IMG/VR virus record: IMGVR_UViG_2711768010_000001
Origin: a virus
Taxonomy: Duplodnaviria > Heunggongvirae > Uroviricota > Caudoviricetes
DNA: 7,741 nt
Strand: one strand, 5' to 3'
The translations under genes and the position numbers were made by a program. Positions 1-5,912 of this stretch are shown here, piece after piece (the first letter of the stretch is position 1; each line of letters starts with the position of its first letter). Below the pieces are notes generated by a model. That model saw only the letters and a program-made list of their open reading frames with translations, was not told where the DNA came from and did not search any database.

Positions 1-86
1 CTCCAATGACTAGTCTAAAAACTAGTATTAAGACTATCACTTATTTAAGTGATACTGGTTGTCTGGAGATTCAGGGGGCCAGTCTA
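1..86 (-). mobile_element. IS2 left end (partial); the element continues beyond the window start and its transposase genes would be on the minus strand upstream
   Basis: Reverse complement of 1-86 reads tagactggccccctgaatctccagacaacc(a/g)tatcacttaaataagtgatagtcttaatactagtttttagactagtcattggag, which matches my recollection of the IS2 terminus and promoter region just upstream of insC. Includes the 8-bp palindrome tatcactt/aagtgata (35-54). CTAG-rich, atypical of enterobacterial coding DNA. Outer end of the element is at position 86. Confidence 0.8.
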
Positions 87-88
87 GT

Positions 89-109
89 AAGGCTGCGAGA
101 GGTGAATAA
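89..109 (+). pseudogene. 3' remnant of a class II (S21/EssD-like) pinholin gene, truncated by the IS2 insertion
   Basis: Codons aag gct gcg aga ggt gaa taa encode KAARGE-stop, the conserved C-terminus of S21-type pinholins as I recall it. The stop overlaps the endolysin ATG (taATG) as in phage 21. Upstream of 87 the sequence is IS2, and this frame has stops at 11, 23, 29 and 50. Confidence 0.55.
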
Positions 110-472
110 TGTCGCCATCATTACGCAAGGCTGTTGCAGTTGCTATTGGTGGCGGGGCTGTTGCTATAGCATCTGTGTTAATCACTGGCCCAGGTGGTAA
201 CGATGGTCTGGAAGGTGTCAGCTACATACTATACAAAGATATCATTGGTGTATGGACTGTATGTCACGGACACACCGGAAAAGACATCATGCCTGGTAAA
301 ACGTATACCGAAGCAGAATGCAAAGCTCTCCTGAATAAAGACCTTGCCACTGTCGCCAGACAAATTAACCCGTACATCAAAGTCGATATACCGGAAACAA
401 CGCGCGGCGCTCTTTACTCGTTCGTTTACAACGTGGGCGCTGGCAATTTCAGAACATCGACGCTTCTTCGCA
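109..472 (+). CDS. SAR endolysin, T4-lysozyme-like muramidase (phage 21 R21 / DLP12 RrrD family); 3' end lost in the N gap
   Basis: ATG at 109 overlaps the holin-remnant stop. N-terminal Gly/Ala-rich weakly hydrophobic signal-anchor-release segment ([20 protein letters not shown]). Catalytic Glu-Asp-Thr spacing present in [16 protein letters not shown]. Strong resemblance to R21/RrrD as recalled. 121 codons visible before the Ns. Confidence 0.9.
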
Positions 473-712
473 NNNNNNNNNNNNNNNNNNNNNNNNNNNN
501 NNNNNNNNNNNNNNNNNNNNNNNNNNNNNNNNNNNNNNNNNNNNNNNNNNNNNNNNNNNNNNNNNNNNNNNNNNNNNNNNNNNNNNNNNNNNNNNNNNNN
601 NNNNNNNNNNNNNNNNNNNNNNNNNNNNNNNNNNNNNNNNNNNNNNNNNNNNNNNNNNNNNNNNNNNNNNNNNNNNNNNNNNNNNNNNNNNNNNNNNNNN
701 NNNNNNNNNNNN
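473..712. other. Run of 240 N (assembly gap or masked sequence)
   Basis: Directly visible: n from 473 to 712. Hides the endolysin 3' end and the 5' ends of Rz and Rz1. Confidence 1.
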
Positions 713-895
713 AAATGCCCTGTGCCATCCTCAGCCGAAACCTCCAGCGCCTCCGGCATGGGCAATGATGCCACCGTCGAACTCTCTCCAGTTGCTGGAC
801 GAAACGTTCTCGGTATCCGGGACGGAATCATCAGCGACCAGACAGCATTGAGAATGCTTCAGGAGTACATCAGGATCCAATGCCTTGGGGGGTAG
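713..895 (+). CDS. Rz: Rz-like i-spanin, C-terminal part (5' end in gap)
   Basis: Frame 2 reads ...SGMGNDATVELSPVAGRNVLGIRDGIISDQTALRMLQEYIRIQCLGG-stop, which parallels the lambda Rz C-terminus (...TASGVDNAASPRLADTAERDYFTLRERLITMQKQLEGTQKYINEQCR). Position after the endolysin fits a lysis cassette. Stop TAG at 893-895. Confidence 0.8.
   Translation, partial: KCPVPSSAETSSASGMGNDATVELSPVAGRNVLGIRDGIISDQTALRMLQEYIRIQCLGG
714..851 (+). CDS. Rz1: Rz1-like o-spanin, C-terminal part, embedded in the +1 frame of Rz (5' end in gap)
   Basis: Frame 0 reads ...CHPQPKPPAPPAWAMMPPSNSLQLLDETFSVSGTESSATRQH-stop (TGA 849-851). The proline-rich PPAPPAWAMMPP stretch resembles lambda Rz1 (KPPPPPAWIMQPPP). Lies entirely inside Rz. 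Confidence 0.7.
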   Translation, partial: NALCHPQPKPPAPPAWAMMPPSNSLQLLDETFSVSGTESSATRQH

Positions 896-950
896 CGGTA
901 ATTTTACTCATTATCCTTCAAATCAGATTCTGTTGTCAGAGGAATGGGGG

Positions 951-975
951 AAGCTGGATTCGCAAGAGCTTTTTA
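951..975 (+). terminator. Weak candidate intrinsic terminator downstream of Rz
   Basis: aagct(951-955) / agctt(967-971) 5-bp stem with an 11-nt loop, followed by a T-run (tttt). Short and AU-rich, so marginal. Confidence 0.2.
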
Positions 976-983
976 TGGGCAGT

Positions 984-1493
984 TTAGCTAAAAAAAGGCA
1001 ACACGAAGCTAAAACTACCAACATAAAGTGCTGACCAGCTAGCAGCTGAAATCAGACTCACTGTATACACTTTCACTGGATGAAGTTGCAACATTCCTGC
1101 CACCAAAGGAGCAATATAACGCAGCACGGCGATAAAGCGCGAAGTGAAAAGTATTGACACAGAGTTATTTTGCAACTGAAGGCGAACCCGTTCTATTGTA
1201 TTGGAACGGCTTGATATTATACATGCAAGTTGAGGGATATGCCCAATTATTATACCAAGATGGTAATTAACGATAGTACCGCACCATGCGCCACTCATGA
1301 CCGTGATTCCAGCTTCCCATGGTGAAAGAGTCGTCTTGCTGACTGTAATTACAGTGGCCATCATAATTGATGCTGGTGGCAATATCGCCGAAATGAGTAA
1401 AGTGGATTTTGTGAACGCTATTATAAAAAGAAGCCCCCATAGGCGATATGGATGAAGTACAAAATAGTTCATCAAAGCATTTATCCACTCCAT
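984..1493 (-). CDS. DedA/YqaA-family (SNARE-associated-like) polytopic inner-membrane protein; a moron gene opposite to the late operon
   Basis: Minus-strand ORF of about 169 codons. ATG at 1493-1491 preceded by AAGGAAAG (the track's TTG at 1496 is one codon upstream). Several hydrophobic segments. Motif pattern LPP-S-(x)n-SPW ... G-x-x-NYHLG ... AG resembles E. coli YqaA as recalled. Sits in an AT-rich island (about 896-1560) between the lysis and packaging modules. Stop TAA. Confidence 0.75.
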   Translation of the reverse strand: MEWINALMNYFVLHPYRLWGLLFIIAFTKSTLLISAILPPASIMMATVITVSKTTLSPWEAGITVMSGAWCGTIVNYHLGIIIGHIPQLACIISSRSNTIERVRLQLQNNSVSILFTSRFIAVLRYIAPLVAGMLQLHPVKVYTVSLISAASWSALYVGSFSFVLPFFS

Positions 1494-1546
1494 CAATGTC
1501 TTTCCTTCTGTGAATTTTTCTTTGCTATTTAACCGTGATACGACTT

Positions 1547-1576
1547 AATTTAGGCTTAAACACCTTACATTTACAA
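1547..1576 (-). promoter_or_regulatory. Candidate sigma70 promoter for the DedA-like gene
   Basis: On the minus strand: TTGTAA (1576-1571), 18-nt spacer, TAAATT (1552-1547), about 45 nt upstream of the ATG at 1493. Each hexamer matches consensus at only 4 of 6 positions. Confidence 0.2.
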
Positions 1577-1690
1577 GGTACTCCTGTGGGGGGCCCTGCC
1601 ACGGAGCGTCGCAGGAGTGAGTGATGAGGAAGAATTAAAGCAACCTATTGTGACAGGCAGCGATAACAGTAAATCACAGGAAGCATAATC

Positions 1691-2455
1691 ATGGCAAAAC
1701 CGGACTGGGAGGCCATCGAATCGGCATACCGGGCCGGAGTCCTTAGCCTCCGTGATATAGGCGAGAAATACGGCGTTACAGAAGGGGCTATCAGGAAGAG
1801 GGCCAAAAAGCTTGGTTGGGCACGCAGTGGCGGTACGCAGGTTTGCAAAAATGGTACGCAAAAAAGGAAAGTGCGTACCAGCAGAAAGCCTGCCATTACT
1901 GGCCTTACACAAAAAAGTACGCAACTAAAAACAGAATCTACACCGGATACGAAACCGATACGCGGAATGCGTACCGATCCCCCGACTAACCCATTCCAAC
2001 CCGGTAACCAGCAGGCATTAAAACACGGTGGTTATGCCCGTCGCCTTCTGCTCAAAGATGAGGTGATAGAGGACGCTAAAGCGTTGACGCTCGAGGACGA
2101 ATTATTTCGCCTTCGTGCTAACAACCTTGTCGCTGCAGAGAATATTGGTCGGTGGTTGGTGTCGCTGGAAGATGCTAATGGGGACCAGGAAAGGAAGATG
2201 CTGATTGAAAATATCAGCGCCGCCGAGAAAGCAATGATGCGCAATACAGTTCGTATTGAGTCCATCGTTGGCACGCTTGCGACGGTAGGAAAAATATTTG
2301 CTGATACAGCCTACCGCAAGGCCGCCACTGATAAGGTGTCTCTGGAGGCTGATCGTCTTCGCCGTGATGCAGGTATTGATGATGGCAATGGAGAGCGTGA
2401 CCTCAATGACTTCTACTCTGACATCCAAACCGACGCTGAATCCGGCTTTACGTAG
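1691..2455 (+). CDS. terS: Terminase small subunit (TerS) with N-terminal helix-turn-helix
   Basis: ATG at 1691 preceded by AGGAAG with an 8-nt spacer. N-terminus LSLRDIGEKYGVTEGAIRKRAKKLGW is a typical TerS DNA-binding HTH. Basic low-complexity linker, then a helical C-terminal region. Immediately upstream of and overlapping the large terminase gene. Stop TAG 2453-2455. Confidence 0.88.
   Translation: MAKPDWEAIESAYRAGVLSLRDIGEKYGVTEGAIRKRAKKLGWARSGGTQVCKNGTQKRKVRTSRKPAITGLTQKSTQLKTESTPDTKPIRGMRTDPPTNPFQPGNQQALKHGGYARRLLLKDEVIEDAKALTLEDELFRLRANNLVAAENIGRWLVSLEDANGDQERKMLIENISAAEKAMMRNTVRIESIVGTLATVGKIFADTAYRKAATDKVSLEADRLRRDAGIDDGNGERDLNDFYSDIQTDAESGFT
1832..1975. repeat. Cluster of five GTACGCA / TGCGTAC repeats inside terS (candidate pac or TerS-binding array)
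   Basis: ggtacgca at 1832-1839 and 1853-1860; tgcgtacc at 1872-1879; gtacgca at 1917-1923; tgcgtacc at 1968-1975. Copies 2 and 3 form a perfect 8-bp inverted repeat with an 11-nt spacer. Found by direct reading. Confidence 0.35.
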
Positions 2456-3809
2456 TTTCTGGACTATGCGGGCACGTAACAAAGTGCTTTATGGTGGTCG
2501 GTCATCGTCAAAATCATGGGATGCCGCTGGCATTGCCATATTTCTGTCGAATAAATACACCCTGCGTTTTTGTTGTGCCCGTCAGATCCAGAATAAAATC
2601 GAAGAGTCGGTGTATACCCTGCTCAAAATTCAGATAGACAGGTTTGGTCTGCGGCACCGTTTCCGTATTCTGAACAACAAAATCATTAACCGGGTTACTG
2701 GCTCGGAATTTGTTTTTTATGGATTATGGCGCAACATCGAAGAAATTAAGTCACTGGAGGGGATCGATGTGTTGTGGCTGGAAGAAGCCCACGCACTGAC
2801 GGAATACCAGTGGAAAATTCTGGAGCCAACGATCCGTAAAGAGGGTTCGGAATGCTGGTTCATATTCAACCCCGGACTTGTTACTGATTTCGTCTGGCGC
2901 AACTTCGTTGTTGATCCGCCCGAAGGCACTCTCATCCGCAAAATTAACTATGACGAAAATCCGTTTCTGTCTGACACCATGCTTAAGGTTATCGACGCGG
3001 CGCGACGCCGTGATCCGGATGGTTTTAAACATGTGTATGAGGGCGTTCCGGAGTCTGATGATGATGCGGCAATCATCAAACTGTCTTGGATAGAAGCCGC
3101 AGTGGATGCGCACAAAACGTTAAATTTCGAACCCAGTGGAAGAAAGCGTATTGGCTTTGACGTGGCTGACAGTGGTACAGATAAGTGCGCTAACGTTTAC
3201 CGTCACGGATCCGTTGTTTTCTGGGCCGACGAATGGAAGGCCAAAGAAGATGAATTACTGAAGAGCTGCCAGCGTACTTATCAGGCGGCGCTGGAGCGTG
3301 AAGCAGATATTGTTTACGACTCTATCGGTGTTGGTGCGTCTGCCGGTGCTAAATTCTCTGAAATTAACGCTGACCGGAAGAGCGAGAACGCATACGCGCG
3401 ACGTGTGAATTACCAGAGGTTTAACGCCGGTGCTGGTGTGCATGAGCCAGATGACGAGTACAACGGCATCCCCAACAAAGACTTTTTCGCAAATCTTAAG
3501 GCTCAGGCATGGTGGCTGGTGGCTGACCGTTTCAGAAATACGTTTAACGCCATTAACAACGGAGAACAGTATCCTGTGGATGAGCTGATCAGCATAGATT
3601 CTCGTTGTCCGTTGCTTGAAAAGCTGAAACTGGAACTGACAACACCTCATCGTGATTTCGACCGTAACGGACGTGTGATGGTCGAAAGTAAAAAAGACCT
3701 CGCAAAACGCGAGATACCGTCACCAAACGTTGCTGATGCATTCATTATGGCCTTCGCGCCAATCGATACATCGCTGGATATCTGGGAACAGCTGGGGAGA
3801 CAGGCCTGA
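2406..3809 (+). CDS. terL: Terminase large subunit (TerL), PBSX/SPP1-type ATPase-nuclease
   Basis: Walker A-like VLYGGRSSSKSWDAAG and Walker B-like IDVLWLEEAH in the N-terminal half; acidic nuclease-type motifs (IGFDVADSGTDK, YDSIGVG) in the C-terminal half. The frame is open from 2298, but the first 36 codons overlap terS. Start is ambiguous among ATGs at 2382, 2388, 2406 and 2466; 2406 chosen (GGAGAG 12 nt upstream, N-terminus MTSTLTSKPTLNPALRSFW). Stop TGA 3807-3809. Confidence 0.9.
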   Translation: MTSTLTSKPTLNPALRSFWTMRARNKVLYGGRSSSKSWDAAGIAIFLSNKYTLRFCCARQIQNKIEESVYTLLKIQIDRFGLRHRFRILNNKIINRVTGSEFVFYGLWRNIEEIKSLEGIDVLWLEEAHALTEYQWKILEPTIRKEGSECWFIFNPGLVTDFVWRNFVVDPPEGTLIRKINYDENPFLSDTMLKVIDAARRRDPDGFKHVYEGVPESDDDAAIIKLSWIEAAVDAHKTLNFEPSGRKRIGFDVADSGTDKCANVYRHGSVVFWADEWKAKEDELLKSCQRTYQAALEREADIVYDSIGVGASAGAKFSEINADRKSENAYARRVNYQRFNAGAGVHEPDDEYNGIPNKDFFANLKAQAWWLVADRFRNTFNAINNGEQYPVDELISIDSRCPLLEKLKLELTTPHRDFDRNGRVMVESKKDLAKREIPSPNVADAFIMAFAPIDTSLDIWEQLGRQA

Positions 3810-5275
3810 TGGCACGAAACAAACAAGCCCTGCGGCGAACTGTGCAGGCCACAGCTGATGGTTATGAGAATTTTATTGCCCGCGTAGGGATGCAGACACC
3901 TAACCAGCACTCAGCATCCACCTACCGGGCTAATTTCACCAGTCGTAACCGCATGCTGGTGGAATGGTCCTATCGTTCATCCTAGATCATCGGCGAAGCA
4001 GTCGATGCTATCCCGGATGATATGACCCGCAAAGGCATTCGCATCACTTCGGAAATTGATGCAAAAGATCGTGGCATTCTCGAATCACAACTGGATGAGT
4101 TGCAAATCTGGGATGCGCTGAATGACGTGCTGAAATGGTCGCGCCTCTACGGCGGCGCGGTGGGTTTCATCATGATTGAGGGGTAGGCACCAATGACCCC
4201 GCTGCGACCCGAAACCATCGGTAAGGGCAAGTTTAAGGGGATTCTCCCGCTCGACCGCTGGATGGTCGACCCGGCACTGACCCGCCGCATTAAAGATATG
4301 GGGCCGGACCTGGGTAAACCTGAGTTTTACGATGTGGTGACCACAGCAACGGGAATTCCTGCCTGGCGCATTCATCACAGTCGCCTGATTCGCTTTGATG
4401 GCGTCACGTTGCCATTTCAGCAGAAGATGACCGAGAACGAATGGGGAATGTCGGTTGTAGAGCGTATCTGGGATCGTCTTACCGCGTTCGACAGCGCTAC
4501 TGTCGGCGCGGCGCAGCTGGTCTACAAGGCGCATTTGCGTACCTACAGCGTGGAGAAGCTACGCGAGCTTATCGCACTTGGTGGTCCTGCGTATGAAGCG
4601 TTGCTGAAGAATATCGACCTGATTCGACAGTTCCAGAGTAATGAAGGCATGACGCTCATGGACTCGCGGGATAAGTTTGAAACCCATCAGTACAGCTTCA
4701 GTGGTCTGGATGACATCCTTTCGCAGTTTGTAGAACAGATTAGTGGCGCTGTTGGTATCCCACTGGTGCGGTTGTTCGGACAGTCCCCGAAAGGATTTTC
4801 TACCGGTGATGCAGACCTTGCCAACTATTACGATCGCATCAGTTCGTTGCAGGAGAGGCGTTTACGTCTTCCGGTGCGGCGGATACTGGACATCATGCAT
4901 CGTTCGGAACTTGGCAAGCCGCTGCCGGACGATTTCACGTTTGAGTTTAACCCGCTCTGGCAAATGTCTGATGTCGATCGCTCAACGGTGGCGTTAAACA
5001 CCACCAACGCAATCAGTACGGCGCTGGGTGATGGTCTGATGACACTGAAAGCCGCTATGACTGATTTGCGAGAAAATTCTGACGTAACCGGCATCGGGGC
5101 ATCCATTACCGACGAGGACATCGAGAATGCCGAAGATGAAGCGCCGCCCGGCATCGGCGAACCTGATGACGAACCGCAGGAGCCGTCAGGCGGAAATCCG
5201 GTATCGAACCAGCCTACGCAGGATAGCGAGGGCGGTCGGAGACATCGTAAATGGTCGCTACGATGGTTCAAATGA
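3809..5275 (+). pseudogene. Portal protein gene: one continuous 489-codon frame (terminal TGA included) interrupted by two in-frame TAG codons (3983-3985 and 4184-4186)
   Basis: ATG at 3809 overlaps the terL stop (tgATG) and follows GGGGAG. Hand translation of frame 2: 58 codons (MARNKQALRR...VEWSYRSS), TAG, 66 codons (IIGEAVDAIPDDMTRKGI...LYGGAVGFIMIEG), TAG, then AP plus the 360-aa ORF 4193-5275. No frameshift. Size and position between terL and the Mu F-like gene fit a portal. Confidence 0.8.
4193..5275 (+). CDS. Largest intact ORF of the portal gene (C-terminal 360 codons); likely to be called as a separate CDS by gene finders
   Basis: ATG at 4193 with GAGGGG 9 nt upstream; same frame as 3809. 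Acidic C-terminal tail. Stop TGA 5273-5275. Whether it is translated on its own is unknown. Confidence 0.6.
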   Translation: MTPLRPETIGKGKFKGILPLDRWMVDPALTRRIKDMGPDLGKPEFYDVVTTATGIPAWRIHHSRLIRFDGVTLPFQQKMTENEWGMSVVERIWDRLTAFDSATVGAAQLVYKAHLRTYSVEKLRELIALGGPAYEALLKNIDLIRQFQSNEGMTLMDSRDKFETHQYSFSGLDDILSQFVEQISGAVGIPLVRLFGQSPKGFSTGDADLANYYDRISSLQERRLRLPVRRILDIMHRSELGKPLPDDFTFEFNPLWQMSDVDRSTVALNTTNAISTALGDGLMTLKAAMTDLRENSDVTGIGASITDEDIENAEDEAPPGIGEPDDEPQEPSGGNPVSNQPTQDSEGGRRHRKWSLRWFK

Positions 5276-5909
5276 CAGTATCACGGAAATTATTGCGGCG
5301 CTGGAGCGTTACAGTGAAATCATCACCCCCTGGGCGACAAAGGTCGCGGAAAACTTTACTGCGGACCTAACCCGGCAGAACGAGAAAGTTTGGCGGCAAC
5401 ACAGCAAGAACATCAGTCGCGAGCTCCGCAATCTTGTGGAAAGCGCTCCTGTGGGCCAGGTGATGCAATCCATCATCGCCGAACAGGTCAAGTACATCAA
5501 ATCTCTGCCTCTCGAGGCCGCAGACAGGGTGTACGACATCCAGAACAAAGCGATAGAGGCTGTTGTCACCGGTGGTCGGGCGGAGCAGTTTGCTAAAGAG
5601 ATTGCATCTACCGGCGATGTTGCTAAGTCTAGGGCCGATCTGATTGCCCGAACGGAACTGGGAAGAGCAACGGGCGCGCTGGATATGGCCCGAGCGATAG
5701 CTATTGGCTCGGATGGTTATATTTGGCGTACAGCCGATGATGGCGATGTCCGAGATTCCCACGATCACATGAAAGGTAAATTCGTCCGCTGGGATTCACC
5801 TCCAACTTTGGACGGCATGACCGGCCACGCGGGCGAGCTGCCAAACTGCCGCTGCTATAAAGAGATCGTGTTTGTTCGCGTTCCATTCGCAATGAAAAGG
5901 GCAGCATAA
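5127..5909 (+). CDS. Head morphogenesis protein, Mu F / SPP1 gp7 family
   Basis: C-terminal Mu F-like signature: ARTELGRA ... W ... DVRDSHDHMKGKFVRWD ... ELPNCRCY. ATG at 5127 with GAGG 9 nt upstream. No alternative start lies downstream of the portal stop, so it overlaps the portal 3' end by at least 110 nt. Stop TAA 5907-5909. Confidence 0.85.
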   Translation: MPKMKRRPASANLMTNRRSRQAEIRYRTSLRRIARAVGDIVNGRYDGSNDSITEIIAALERYSEIITPWATKVAENFTADLTRQNEKVWRQHSKNISRELRNLVESAPVGQVMQSIIAEQVKYIKSLPLEAADRVYDIQNKAIEAVVTGGRAEQFAKEIASTGDVAKSRADLIARTELGRATGALDMARAIAIGSDGYIWRTADDGDVRDSHDHMKGKFVRWDSPPTLDGMTGHAGELPNCRCYKEIVFVRVPFAMKRAA

Positions 5910-5912
5910 CCC

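Noticed and set aside
1-90. Two SpeI sites (actagt), three CTAG tetramers and multiple stops in the first 90 nt, suggesting a synthetic stop cassette or linker
   Set aside because: The whole stretch matches the natural IS2 terminus in reverse complement, including the palindrome at 35-54. One reading frame stays open, so it is not a three-frame stop cassette.
6-200. 64-aa + strand ORF at the window start
   Set aside because: It spans the IS2 terminus, the holin remnant and the endolysin start in a different frame; Cys/Trp-rich translation with no RBS. Not a holin (no hydrophobic TM segment).
944-991. 15-codon ORF (MGEAGFARAFYGQFS) in the Rz to DedA-like intergenic region
   Set aside because: The only SD-like sequence is 2 nt from the ATG, the ORF overlaps the candidate terminator hairpin, and it has no distinguishing features.
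1580-1618. 7-bp inverted repeat actcctg / caggagt with a 25-nt GC-rich loop upstream of terS, considered as a terminator or operator
   Set aside because: No U-tract follows on either strand, the loop is long, and the stem is short. It lies in the divergent promoter region, so a regulatory role is possible but unsupported.
2298-2405. ORF-track start of terL at 2298 (503 aa)
   Set aside because: The first codons (MLIQPTARPPLIRCLWRL...) overlap the terS C-terminus in another frame and do not look like a terminase N-terminus. Internal ATGs at 2382-2466 give a conventional coupled start.
3809-5275. Stop-codon reassignment (TAG read as sense) as the explanation for the in-frame TAGs in the portal
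   Set aside because: TAG terminates terS and Rz at the expected positions, the element is a conventional enterobacterial lambdoid/SPP1-like phage, and only one gene is affected. A pseudogene or ordinary amber suppression is more plausible. The window alone cannot fully exclude it.
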